A DNA stretch of 64,000 bases from Nageia nagi (lineage: Eukaryota > Plantae > Pinophyta), in assembly GCA_050084985.1 (NCBI GenBank), contig JBITNC010000002.1, forward strand, positions 15,810,001 to 15,874,000, read 5' to 3'. The notes under the pieces were generated by a model, which saw only the letters and a list, made by a program, of their open reading frames with translations, was not told where the DNA came from and did not search any database. The number at the start of each line of letters is the position of its first letter. Position 1 is the stretch's first letter. The position numbers and the translations under genes are program-made. Below, in pieces: positions 50,949 to 64,000 of the stretch.

Positions 50949-53299
50949 AAAGACCAACATTTGGTCTACTAAGAAGATTTATTAGGGATTTAATTCATAA
51001 ATGCTTCAAGAGATAATATAAGGTATTAAGTTATAAGTATTTACTACTGATGGAAATTTTTTTAGTACTTAGGAAATGATTCTAGAGTAGTTGTTATGTT
51101 GGTATCCATAAAGGAAACTATTTTTGTTAACCCCATGATATTTGTTAGTTGGCCACACCAACGATTTCCTCATCTACCTGAAGGTTCACAGAGTATTTTT
51201 CATAAAATGATTATTCTCTAGTTTATCTGTTTTATCCATTATAGTCTAAAAATAGTTTTTTGATGCTCAATTTCATTATTGGATCAATTGTTATTGGTTG
51301 ATCATAATGCTAATCTTTAAGTGAGTCAAACTTTCTATTATAGTATATACTGATGTACACACCTATTTATTTTGCCTACTTCCTAAAAGAATAACAATTT
51401 ATAAACCATAAATAATTGAATCCAAAGGGTTAGATTTGGTAAACCTCTACCTTACCCATAATATCCAAAATCAGGTAGAAGGATTGACTTGTATGCCCTC
51501 TATAAAGATGAAAAATCAAGAAAATTAGTTTTTTAACATTCAAGGTCCATCTCATCTTCCTAACTTTAGTTCAATATCCTAAAATGATTTTTAGAAGCCA
51601 ACATAAGTCAGGGAGGCATTAACAATTTTATTATATTTTTAGATCATCTCCAACTAGTATGATACTTATCAAAAATAACACATGAAAAGGATAAAATTGA
51701 AGGAAATTTAATTTCTTTACTTTATAATGTTGAAATATTTTATTTTCTTGGTGGCACAATTTTATTTATAAACCTTTGTACATGGAGGGTGTACAAAAAT
51801 GGTAGATGACACCCCCTTCAATTTTAAATATTTACAACAAATCATTGAGACCTTAAAGTCTTTTTTTACTTTCTCCTTTATAGTGGTATATTCACAAAAA
51901 TCTAAGTAGATCCAGGCTTATAGAGTCTTTCATATAGGTAACCATGGAGCATCATCCCTTTGTCATTGCAACACTCCACTAGCTACAATACATTTGATCA
52001 AAGATCAGTGTATTGAATGGATAGACACTTCATGAGGATGAGCATGACAAGCTATCCCTTTTCAGTAGTAGCTCCAATACTCCTCCAACCACTTTGTATA
52101 CTCTTCTCCAATGTGCAATCATCGAACTTATGGATATCTTTGTGCCTATATTAGATTTTTATCTTGATCATCAAGATGTTCTTGTTGTATTTCCTTTCAC
52201 AGTAGATCCATGGATGCCCCGATGGTACCATGTATAGTGTTACTTAATTTCTAGATAAAGCCTCCTCTACCTATGGTGTAGAGAGAGGTGTGAGCCTTTC
52301 TTTGTAGATAATGTCAATTATTTATGTCGATCCTTTTCTAAACATACATGTGAGTGCTATTAGAACCATGATTATAATGGTTGATTATCTTATCCTTAAG
52401 TAGTTATTAGAGCTTGTTGGGTTTCCCTTAAGCAACCCATGAGTGCCCCATGGTACCACATTTCTTCTTCCTCCTCTGTTGGTTGTGTAGAGTGAGATGT
52501 ATCTCACTGCCCTTGGTGAGCATTAGTGAATGAGTGGCCTATTGCATGTTGTAATTCCATTCATATATTTTTGGGATCTTTATGATGATCCACATCATGG
52601 TTGATGCCTTCATCCTTAAGAAGCATGGGATCTTTATGATGACCCACTTTATGGTTGTTACTTTCATCCTCAAGCAATATGTCAGGACATCTTTGAAGAC
52701 CCACTTGATTATTATATTAATACTTATAATAGCAGTGTGATAATTATCTATTCTTCCCACTAAGAATACCATACAAATTTATTTTTCCCTAGTCAATTTT
52801 GATGCCTTAGTTGCTCAAATATACTCATTTGTATATGGAGAACTACCCAAATTGTATTCTTGAAGCATATACTTTGTATTCCTTATTTGGAGCATGTATT
52901 TTATATTTGAAAAAATATAAGGAATATTCCATTCCATTACTGGCATTTTAGTACTAAGTTTTTACCCCTTTATGTAGCCTATCAATTATAGAAATCTATA
53001 GCGATAAAATTTTATTATGTCCAGAATCATCAAAGTTACATTGCTCTAATTTTTATGGGTATTTCATATTTGAAAAGATGATTTATCCATATTTCCAACT
53101 ATATATTACATGAAAAACTTTTCTCTAGATTTATCAAAGTACAGTACTTTGATGTTGACCCTTTCATTAGCAAAGAGCTCCAATTGGTGACCAAAATGCA
53201 TCATGGCGATCCTAACTTCAGACCTGATTTTCCAGATATCTTCTCATCCATTTTAATGATGGAATATATTATTAAAAATTTATCTGCAATACATTTTCA

Positions 53300-54000
53300 A
53301 TCATATATCATAAGTTATACTTTTCTAAAAAATATTATGGTGACATGATCATCATATTTACAATGGTTGCCACATTTTTTTATCATCACAATTATGGTAG
53401 CTTTTGAATTCAATGTTAATTATAGATTACTAGAGATATACAAATATGTTTGAGGCATGTGAGTACTCATTAGAAAGTTCTCCTCAATATATTTCTAACC
53501 ATACATGAAAATTTAATCCTTGAGTTGCTTCATATTGGTGACCAAGCTAATCTTTACAATGCTTTATACTCACTTCATGTTGGCAAAGGAGTTTGCCAAC
53601 ATATTAGAGATTCAACATACTTCATCATGGCTTCAAGATATTCATGTCATCATAGCTTATGGATCTCCTTAAATCCTTCAATTTGGTGAGCTAAAGAATG
53701 GTATTGAATTTCAGTAGCGTCCAAAGGAGTTCATCAATTGGTGGTTAGTGAACCTACATTGTATGAGTTGGTAATGAAGCTTGATCCTGTTATTTGCTAG
53801 AATGATAACATATTGAACCTTAAAAATTTCACATGGTATCAAAGCTTCATTCCTATGTTCATCATATTTTGGAGAGTGATTAACATTAAAATTCTTCAAT
53901 TCGTAATAGAGCCTTTGCACCTTATTCTCCATCCTTAGAGTATGGAAACTTAAATTATTCTTACACTCCATGCTCTAGAGAAATTGGTTATCATTACTTA
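53300..54000 (-). mobile_element. Degenerate hAT-like transposase remnant
   Basis: RFTNHQLMNSFG (similar to RFPxxxLMxAFG), followed by an eroded ERTFS-like dimerisation-domain motif near 53470-53490. Confidence 0.35.
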
Positions 54001-57000
54001 GCTCTTATTGCAGTTACAAGAAAATAATATGAGTATAATGCATCTACAAGAGGCAAACAAGTAATGAAAAAAAATAAGTTGATGTATCATTGAGATTATT
54101 ATGCGATAAATGAACATAGCTTAAAACTTTAAGCATATCATGTGTTCTTGAAGTCATCTGTAAGAATGATTCATAAGATAATACATAAGGAATTGTTAAC
54201 AATCTTCTACAATATGTGCAAAAGGCTTAATCCTTGAGAATTTCTCATGATAATGGTAGCAATAAAGTACTAGAAAAATATAAATATTCCTCTATAACAT
54301 ACCGTATGGTAGAGTTTTAAAAGAGCAAAATCTGAGTAATATTAGGTGTTAGAATGATTAGACCCTAGAATGCAAGATTGATATTTATCTAGGTACTAAA
54401 GAAATTCAAAATAAGTATGGTAAATGAGTAAGAACAGTGAGCATCAAAGGCTATTAAGATCCCAAGAAGGTATCCTCTATGTATAAATAATAATAGGTGA
54501 TACCAAATATTTTCTAGATTTGATCATCTCAGTCCTTCAAAAATTTATGAGCTAGAATGAAAACATAGGAAACTTTGCCAAAGAGCCTAATTGCTTATAA
54601 ATTATCTATATTTTATCATAATTTACCATATGCAATAGATGAAAGGGATTCATTTAATAAAATAATGGGTATTCTATAGAAACCTATGGAGTGAATTCCT
54701 AGGTAAAGAGGCCATATATTTTTCCCTTCTATTTATTTAATCTTGTGTGTTCAGTATTCCATTGTAAATATATATCTTCCCATACTTTTTGTTTGATTAT
54801 TCCTTATTGTAAAACTCTCCTATCACTTTGTCTCATATTTTATTCATGATATTATCCTATAGGGGTGTATTTTATTTCCCATCATCCTATAGGGGTGTTC
54901 CTTAGGTACACTTATGGCAAGCTTTGTCCTCTACTTCTTATTCTTTGTATATTTTTTTTTCTCCCACAAATGTGTGAAATACTTCCATTTCTTATCCTCT
55001 TTGTTATTTTCATATTCTCAACCCCTTTTTTATGTTTCCTCTTTCCTTTTTGAACCCTCTTCCTAATCCCCTCCATCGCCTTTGTTTTTTGTTCCACCTA
55101 AGATTTGCTTCACAAGTATCTCAAGATACCCAAAAGATAGTATATGAGCTAAATGTATGAAGCAAATTGAAGTGTTTATCCTCACATAGGTAATTGAATT
55201 AGTAAATTATATACCTAATTCCTTTATATCATTACTATTAGTAATTTTGCACCACAGGAAGCTGAGATCTGCAAGAAAGAAGCAAGAATAAGAAATTTTC
55301 TTTATATCTCAAATATTCCCTTCTTCTTCTTCTTCAAAGGATATATTATTATAGTGTTGTTCTACTTCATTCCCCTTGCTAGCGACTATACTTGATTTTC
55401 CTTTTTACTTCATTACATGCTTTAGTTCCTCCTAAGAAAATGAGGAAGGGAGGAAGAATATTTTAGAAAATCATAATTGATGTTGGCAAGATAGGTGCTA
55501 TATATTTTGAGCTTCATATAGAGTTTCATTCCTCTATAATAATTTGATTTGCTAAAGGGAAAGAAATAATACATAATATTATGCCTTAATATTTTCTTTG
55601 ATTTTAACATATGAGCTAGTGTTATGGTAATTTTGATATAAAGGGAAGAAGATTCATATTTCATAATTATAGTGAGCGATCTGCCACACTCATTGGAACA
55701 TCAAATATTTAGTTCTTTTTCAAAATTATAGTAGAAAAGTTTATCGAAATATTGGTTTCCATATTTCAAGGTTGCTAATATGAATCTCTTTATAACTAAT
55801 AAGTTATGGGACCAATATTGCTCTATCACTCACTTTCTATTTTCTTACATCAACAGACTTTTGGCCAAATTGTAGAAATTGTTATATGAGAGTTTATCAT
55901 ATTTTCTATATGATAACATCATCATTTACTTTCCTCCAACATAGTACAAAGTATTTCTAAGGCTTTGTTGTATTTTTTAAAAATGTTGATGTAAATTCTA
56001 TATTCCTATTTCATGGTATGAAGGTCCACTTAAAGCATGTTTCTCTTTTGAATAGATAATTTCAAATTGTAGATGCCTAAAAATGAATTATTATTTATTA
56101 AATAATTTAGTTTAGAGCTTAAATGATATTTATTTGTAAAAAGGGATTAAAATATACCCAAGGTAATGTAATCAATGTAATGGACCATTGTATAATGTAA
56201 AAAGTATCAAATATAAAGAAAGATACCTCAAACTATGTAACATGCAATGATCTCAAGAATCAAAGAAGACAAGGATGTTTCTATAAAGACATATCAAAGG
56301 CAATGCAACATCATCATGTAAGGGCATCCAAAATACCAAGAGAGACTTCAACACATGCAAGATCGTTCTATCCTACCAATAACGGTATTTTGTAACACCA
56401 CCTTTGCATAGATCTATTAAATCCTTCAACTTGATCTTGCATATCTTTTATTCCTTTTGTTGATCTATTTATTCCACATAGCTAATGGCGTGTCACCTCT
56501 AGGCTATTGGTGACATGCATTTGTGTGAATGCATTGTGGTGATTGCTAAATGGTTTTTATTATTTCATATTTATACAAATATGATGAAGGTACATTATTT
56601 ATTATTATTTGTATGATACCATATTTATGATATATGCTTCAATTAAATATTATAGATAAATAGTACATCAATTTATCAATTATGCATTATTTTTTGTCTA
56701 CATTTTGGTGAACCCAATCATTCAATTTATCTTTACCTCATGTCGAGATCTTACAAGAATTCTATAATGGATCTATGCCATTAGCAATGTGTTTTACCTA
56801 TTATTGGGCCACCAACAACATTAAAATGGAGAAATTTATGGACATGCTTAGCAGAATAGATAGGATGGAAAAGAAAGATGACAAATTTACTAGTGCATGT
56901 AGCTCATCAGTGGTACCAGATCCTGGAATAGTATCACGACTTACCAATCTTGAGAATAGTAGGAGATCACATCCAAATGAAGAAGATTATGATGGTGTAT

Positions 57001-57682
57001 TAATTTCACCATTTTTTGAGGAGATCTACAATTTTCCCCTACCACCTGAGCACAAGTCCCCTAAGTTTGAGATGTTTAGTGGTGAATAAGACCCAAAATA
57101 ACATCTTATCAACTTTCAAGAGGAGTGCTTGTTGAAATTAGGTTCAAAGGAGAATTTATTGGCAAAATTCTTTCCAAGGAGTCTAAAAGGTGATGCTAGT
57201 CAGTGGTTGTATAATTTTCCTGGTGGTTCAATTGATTCTTTCAAGTCATTGGTCAAGTTATTCATGGGACAATACAAACATAATATCAAAGAGCAAAGTA
57301 TTGTTACAGAGTTATGTGCAATGAGGTAAGGGGGTAATGAAACCTTAGAAAAATATATTCCATGGTTGAAAAAGGTATGGTAATCAATTAGAAGTAAATT
57401 GGATGAAACTAAAATTTGTGCTATCTTTAGAGATTCTATTGTACCTATTCTTAATTTGCATGCTCCTAGTAATAAAAATATTAGCTTTGAATCATTGATA
57501 CAAGAATTATTGCAAAAAGAGAAAGTGTTACCTAAATTAGGTGAGCTCAAGTATGCAACTAATCCATTTCACAAGGAAAATAGATGACCATATGATAAAC
57601 AAAAAGAAGAAAAATATGTGCATATGACTGATAGACTTGCTTCTCCACCAAAGTTACAAAACAAAAGACATGAGGTACACTT

Positions 57683-58201
57683 TGTTGTGTGTGGAGCATG
57701 ATTGTTCAAAAGTTCTTTGTTTCAGCCAGATGAATACCCCAAGAAGTTTGTACACCCCTCCACACGGGGACAGCGCCCCCGAAGCTAAAAATAGATGTAA
57801 AATCACCTTGTAAAAGTATAGTAATTTCTAGTCAATCTGGGTCGTTCATTAGGCGGATGATCTGACGGTAGAACTTATGTTTAGTTTAAGGTTTTTTTTT
57901 CCCTAGAAGGCAACCCCTCTCTTTGTATGAGGGCATTGTAATAGATGTGCATTCGGTGAGCGAGAAACAGAGACGTGAGACTGTGAGAGAAAACAGAGGA
58001 TATTACAGCAGATCTGTTGTAGGTTGTATCTCTTCATTTTGCTAGATAATAGAAAGGAAGGACTGGCTGTTCGGGGTGGACGTAGCCCAAACTGGGTGAA
58101 CCACGTATATCTGTGTCTCTCTTGTTTATGCATTTTCTATGTTTATATTTTTTGCAATATTTTGTGTTTCATTGCTCTGTAATATATATAATTTCGTAAC
58201 A
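57683..58201 (+). repeat. 5' LTR of Copia D
   Basis: TG...CA termini, 519 bp. Confidence 0.97.
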
Positions 58202-58276
58202 ACTGGTATCAGAGTCGAAGGTCTATTTGGCTGATAAACTCGTAGGAAAGAAGGATTTCTCGTTCGAGTGGGAGCA

Positions 58277-61200
58277 ATGGCGGAAGATGGTAAGTTTAGG
58301 ATCGAGAAATTTAACGGCTAAAACTTCTCACTATGGAAGATGCAGATGGAAGATTATCTATATCAGAAAGATCTATACCTACCATTGGGTAGAAAAACAA
58401 ATAAGCTGACAGATATGACAGATGAAGATTGGAACCTTCTCGATAGAAAGGCACTCGGAGCAATATGGTTGAGCCTCGTTGCATCAGTTGCCTTCAACAT
58501 TTTGAAGGAAACAATGATAGAGGGTTTGTTTCAGACATTGTCAAAACTATATGAAAAACCCTCAGCCTCAAACAAGGTATTTCTTATGAAACGGTTATTT
58601 AATATGAAGATGTCGGAAGGTGGATTTGTTGCGGATCATTTAAATAATTTTAATACTGTTACAAGTCAGTTAAGTTCTATAGAGGTAAACTTTGATGATG
58701 AAGTTAGAGCTCTGTTATTCTTGTGCTCATTACCAAAAAGTTGGAATGGTTTAGTAATGGCCATTAGTAACTCTGTATCTGGATCTAGTACTTTAAAGTT
58801 TGATGATGTTGTCGATGCTATCCTTAGTAAGGAAATGCGACGGAAAAGCTCCGGTGAGACATCAGGAAATGCTTTGAGTGTAGATTCTAGGGGAAGCAAA
58901 ATGGAAAAAGGAAAGAGCTCAGGATATCGTAGTAAATCAAGGAAAGGTAGATCCAAGTCTAGATCAGGGATAGAGTGCTGGAAATGCAGAAAGAAAGGAC
59001 ACCTAAAGAGAGACTGTAGATCTTGGAAGGGAATAGAAGGAGATGCACAGCAAGAAAACAATCATGAAGCAAATGTGACAGGTGAGGTGTTACAAGATGC
59101 TTTGATTCTTTCTTTCAAAAATATTAATGATTCCTGGGTGGTAGATTCAGGGGCCTCATTCCATGCCACACCTGATAAGAAATATTTTCATGACTATGTT
59201 CAAGGAGATTTTGGACAAGTTCGTTTGGGTGATGATAAACCCTGTAAAATTGTTGGAATGGGTAAGGTTCTTGTAAAATAGTAGAATGGAAACCAATGGC
59301 TACTAAAGGAGGTAAGGCATGTTCCAGATCTAAAGAAAAATCTGATTTCAACAGGGCAGTTAGGTAGTGAAGGTTGTGTGACAACTTTCACAGATAAAGC
59401 TTGGAAGGTCACCAAAGGAGCCCTAGTAATAGCAAGAGGTGAAAAGGTTGGTACATTGTATTTATGCAATGGTATTTCTAACTCTGTTAATGCTTTAACT
59501 TCCAAAGGAGCAGATGCAGCATTATGGCATCATAGGCTCGGACACATGAGTGAAAAGGGGATGAAGATTCTTCACTCAAGAAATTTGTTGCCAGGTTTGA
59601 AGAATGTTGATTTGGATTTCTGTGAGAATTGCATTTATGGAAAATAGAAGAGAGTCAGATTTCTCAGAGTTGGGAAAGAAAAGAAGAGCCAAAAATTAGA
59701 GCTTGTGCATACAGATGTATGGGGACCTGCTCAGGTATCATCTCTCGGTGGCTCTCGTTATTATGTTACCTTTATTGATGATGCAACTAGAAAAACTCGG
59801 ATTTATTGTATTAAGAATAAATTTGATGTATTTGATACTTTCAAGAAATGGAAAGCTTTGGTTGAGATTGAGACAGGAAAGAAATTCAAGTGTCTTAGAT
59901 CAGACAATGGAGGTGAATATTGCAACAAAGAGTTTGATAGGTATTGTTCAGAACATGGAATTCGTAGAGAGAAGACAGTTCCAAGAACACCACAAGAAAA
60001 TGGTGTGTCAGAAAGGATGAACATGACAATCATGGAGCGTGCAAGGTGCATGAGATTGCATGCAAGATTGCCTTTACAATTTTGGGCAGATGCTGTAGAT
60101 ACTGTTGTTTATCTAATAAACAGAGGGCCTTCAAGTTCCTTGGATGGTGGTGTTCTAGAGGAAGCATGGATAGGTAAAAAGGTAAACTACTCCTTTTTAA
60201 AGCTTTTTGGTTGTGAGGCCTTTGTCCATATTGATAAAGAAAATAGAACAAAGCTTGAGGCAAAGTCAAAGAAATGTACCTTTATTGGATATGGTGTTAA
60301 TGATTTTGGTTATCACTTATATGATTATGAAAATCACAAAATCATTAGGAGCAAAGATGTAATATTCAATGAAAAGGTCTTGTATAAGAATTAGTTGCAG
60401 GAAAAGAAACAAGAAAAAGAAAATAAGGAATACGCAGTTCTTGATGAAATCACTGAAAAAGTAAAGGTGCCTGAAAATAATAATAACCAACAACCACAAT
60501 AGCAGCAACCACCACAACAGCAACAGGCACCCCAAACACCTGAAAGTGGTGTTAGAAGATCTACCAAGATAAGTAGACCCCCTGAATGATACTCTCCTTC
60601 ATTATATTATTTATTATTGACTGATTCTGGTGAACCTGAATGTTATGAAGAAGCAATGCAGGTTGAAAGCAGGAAGAAGTGGGAGGTAGCCATGGAAGAA
60701 GAGATGGACTCCTTAATGCATAACCAGACTTGGGACTTAGTCAAGTTGCCTGCAGGAAAAACTACAATGAAGAATAAATGGGTTTACAGGCTGAAGGAAG
60801 AAGATGGAGGAAAATAAAGGTACAAATCTAGACTTGTGGTGAAGGGGTTTGCACAGAAGAAAGGTATTGATTTTGATGAAATATTTTCTCCTATTGTTAA
60901 AATGACTTCAATCAGAACTATTTTTAGTCTTGTAGCAGCTGAAGATTTGCATCTTGAGCAGTTAGATGTAAAGATAGCCTTTCTCCATTAGGATTTGGAG
61001 GAAGAGATATATATGCAACAGCCACAAGGATATGAGGTGAAAGGGAAGGAGAAACTAGTGTGCAGGTTGAAGAAGAGCTTGTATGGCTTAAAATAGGCTC
61101 CAAGGCAGTGGTATCTAAAATTTGACAAGTTTATGTCTGAACAAGGTTATACTAGATGCCACTCTGATCATTATGTTTATTTGCAAAAGCAAAATGATGG

Positions 61201-62185
61201 CAGCTATATTATATTATTATTGTATGTAGATGACATGCTTGTTGCAGGGTCTAACATGCAGGAAATAAATGTGCTCAAAAGAAAATTGGCAAATTCATTT
61301 GCAATGAAGGATTTGGGAGCTGCAAAACAAATCCTTGGTATGAGAATCACTAGAGATAGGAAAAATCACAAATTAACATTGTCTCAGAATGAGTACATAC
61401 AAAAGGTATTGAAAAGATTTAATATGCACAATGCAAAACTAGTTAGTACACCTTTTGCTAGCCATTTCAAACTTAGTAAGGAAATGTGCCCAAAGACCCA
61501 AGAAGACATGGATTATATGTCTAAAGTTCCATATGCATCAGCAGTTGGAAGCTTAATGTATGCAATGATCTGCACAAGGCCTGATATTGCACATGCAGTG
61601 GGAGTTGTAAGTAGGTACATGAACAATCTAGGAAAGGAACATTGGATGGCAGTGAAATGGATTCTTAGATATCTGAAAGGTACCACAAATCAAGCATTAT
61701 GCTTTGGTGGTTCAAACATTTCCCTACAGGGATATGTTGATGCAGATATGGTAGGTGATAGAGATAACAGGAGGAGCACTACAGGATATGTATTTACTGT
61801 TGGTGGAATAGCTATCAGTTGGGTTTCAAAAATCCAAAGTGTTGTTGCACTTTCAACAACAGAAGCAGAGTATGTTGCTGCTACAGAGGCTAGTAAAGAA
61901 ATGATTTGGTTACAAAGGTTTATGGGTGAATTGGGTAAGGAGCATGATATGGGGATGTTATATAGTGATAGCCAAAGTGCCATTCATCTTGCAAAGAACT
62001 CAGCATTTCATTCTAGGACTAAACACATACAGCTCAAGTACCATTTCATACGATCAATGTTGGAAGATGGAGAGTTAAAGCTGGAAAAGATACATACTAG
62101 CCAAAATCCTGCAGATATGCTAACAAAAGTTGTAACTAGGGAGAAATTGAGAATATGCTCAGTTTCAATTGGTCTTCAAGGATGA
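58277..62185 (+). pseudogene. Gag-PR-IN-RT-RNase H polyprotein of Copia D; single frame with 10 premature stops
   Basis: Zinc knuckle [14 protein letters not shown]; protease WVVDSGAS; LWHHRLGH; integrase HTDVWGP, RSDNGGEY and PQENGVSER; RT YVDDML; RNase H with ADMLTK. Confidence 0.97.
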
Positions 62186-62281
62186 CGATGAAGATGAGAA
62201 ACAACTAGGTCCAAAGAGGATTCATTGTCCAGCAAATGAAGCAGTGGTGGAGTTGCTACAATCATTCTCCAAGTGGGAGAT

Positions 62282-62803
62282 TATTGTGTGTGGAGCATGA
62301 TTGTTCAGAAGTTCTTTATTTCAGCCAGATGAATACCCCAGGAATTTTGTACACCCCTCCACACGGGGGCAGCACCCTTAAAGCTAAAAATAGATGTAAA
62401 ATCACCTTGTAAAAGTATAGTAATTTCTAGTCAATCTGGGCTGTTCATTAGGCAGATGATTTGATGGTAGAACTTATGTTTAGTTTAGGGTTTTTTTTTT
62501 CCCTAAAAGGCAACCCCTCTCTTTGTATGAGGGCATTGTAATAGATGTGCATTCAGTGAGCGAGAAACAGAGACGTGAGACTATGAGAGAAAATAGAGGA
62601 TATTACAGTAGATCTGTTGTAGGTTGTATCTCTTCATTTTGCTGGATAATAGAAAGGAAGGACTGGCTGTTTGGGGTGGATGTAGCCCAAATTGGGTGAA
62701 CCACATATATCTGTGTCTCTCTTGTTTATGCATTTTTTTTGTTTATATTTTTTGCAATATTTTATGTGTTTCATTGCTCCGTAATATATATAATTTCGTA
62801 ACA
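62282..62803 (+). repeat. 3' LTR of Copia D
   Basis: TA (mutated TG)...CA termini, 522 bp. Confidence 0.97.
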
Positions 62804-64000
62804 CACTTTTCCAATTCAACCACTATTTATTATGAGGGATATAATGAAAAAGGGATTATTATAGCCAATGGAAAAATCAACCCAAGATGATAATGTTCCT
62901 AAGGGAAAATCATATGCCTATTATGCATTTCATCAAAGGAAGGATCATGCTATGAATTTTTGCAAAACATTAGAGGTAGCAATATTGGATCTTATTGCTC
63001 AAGGAAAGTACCAAATTGATAAAACATATACAAATCAAGGACATACAATGCATACAATTTTAGTGGACAAAGAGGTATGTGCAGGATTAAGAAGAGGACA
63101 TCCAAGGCATGCTCCCAATCCAATCACTACAGAATAAGTAAGTATACCACCTGATCCAAAGACATATAGTGTGATAAAGCAATTAAAAACTACTCCTTCA
63201 AAGATTAGTATGTATGATCTTATATTACATTTGAAGCATATAGGGAGATCTTATCTACTTTTCTCAAAAAGGAAGTAGTCCCTATAAATATGTTTGTTGT
63301 TATGTTCTTTGAAAATCTTAGAGCTATTTAAGAATGTGATGCTATCTCTTTTTACAAATATGAAAATCTTAATAAAGAGTTTCTTGATGAATGTTTAGCT
63401 TTATATATTACACCTATAATTGATGGATGGGAAATCAAAAGAACCTTGGTAGATAATGCATCAGTTGTTAATGTTTGTTCCTATAAGTTTTTGATTCAAC
63501 TCAAAGAAAAAGGTGTAGAAGTCTCTCCATTAGAAGAAGCTACATTTAGGATTAGGGCATATGATAGCTCATCTAAAAAACTAGTGAGGATAGCCACAAT
63601 TATGGTAACTACAGTAGTAAGGATAATTGTAGCTAAATTCCATGTGGTTGATTCCAAATTATCATATAATGTGTTATTGGGAAGGCCTTGGCTTCATGAT
63701 ATGGATGCAATCCCATCTACAGTACATGGCAGATTAAAGTTTGAATTTGAGGGGGAGGTTCATATAGTGCTTGGTGATCAAGAACCATATGCTTATGTAA
63801 TGCAGTAGACTTTGAATAAATTACAATGACTTTTCCTAGATATGAGATTGAGCCCTTAGAACACAATGCACGAGGGGCAAGTATAGAAAAATAGACTCAA
63901 ATTATAGAAATTAGGATGGGTACTTATAGAATTGAGAACTTGGATTTCTTTTCATATATGAAAGATTTAGGATGACCTAAAATTCTATCTATGGAGGGCT

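Larger units (their letters stand above)
57683..62803 (+). mobile_element. Full-length Tnt1/Tork-like Ty1/Copia element D
   Basis: LTRs at 57683-58201 and 62282-62803 (about 94% identical by eye). Perfect TSD cactt/cactt; PBS TGGTATCAGAG at 58204; PPT aagtgggagat at 62271-62281. Confidence 0.98.
56068..64000 (+). mobile_element. Tat/Ogre-like Gypsy element E: 5' LTR, gag and protease; interrupted by Copia D; runs off the window
   Basis: LTR at 56068-56702 (TGTAGA...TCTACA); PBS TGGTGAACCC at 56706-56715. Retrotransposon gag (PKFEMFSGE*DPK*HL, LLAKFFPRSLKGDASQWL) and protease (LVDNASVVN, YNVLLGRPWLH at 63446-63808). Confidence 0.85.

Noticed and set aside
52573-52708. ~54-bp repeat in 2-3 copies
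   Set aside because: A minor internal repeat in degenerate retroelement debris with no independent signal.
58666-61983. Minus-strand ORFs inside Copia D
   Set aside because: Antisense shadows of gag-pol.

Overview
AT-rich, CpG-depleted plant nuclear DNA; the transposable-element (TE) families look gymnosperm-like, which is an inference. There is one intact 4-exon gene at 1552-5653 (UCP012943-like, 339 aa, C-terminal hydrophobic helix). Most of the rest is a TE graveyard. It includes a minus-strand L1-type LINE (about 6.3-11.4 kb) whose 3' end carries an unexplained extra ORF before the poly(A). It also includes a four-level nest: an old Copia relic, interrupted by Gypsy A (12162-31801), whose 5' LTR holds Gypsy B (12566-26483), whose 5' LTR holds Copia C (17754-25583). 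Further on are a tRNA-derived SINE, degenerate Gypsy/hAT debris, and a full-length Tnt1-like Copia (57683-62803) inserted in the gag of a Tat/Ogre-like Gypsy. Non-TE-looking islands at about 33.7-36.9 kb and 46.4-47.3 kb hold two clearly, and possibly three, diverged same-orientation copies of an unknown locus (pseudogene or lncRNA). No rRNA, tRNA gene or CRISPR array was seen. All alignments were made by eye.
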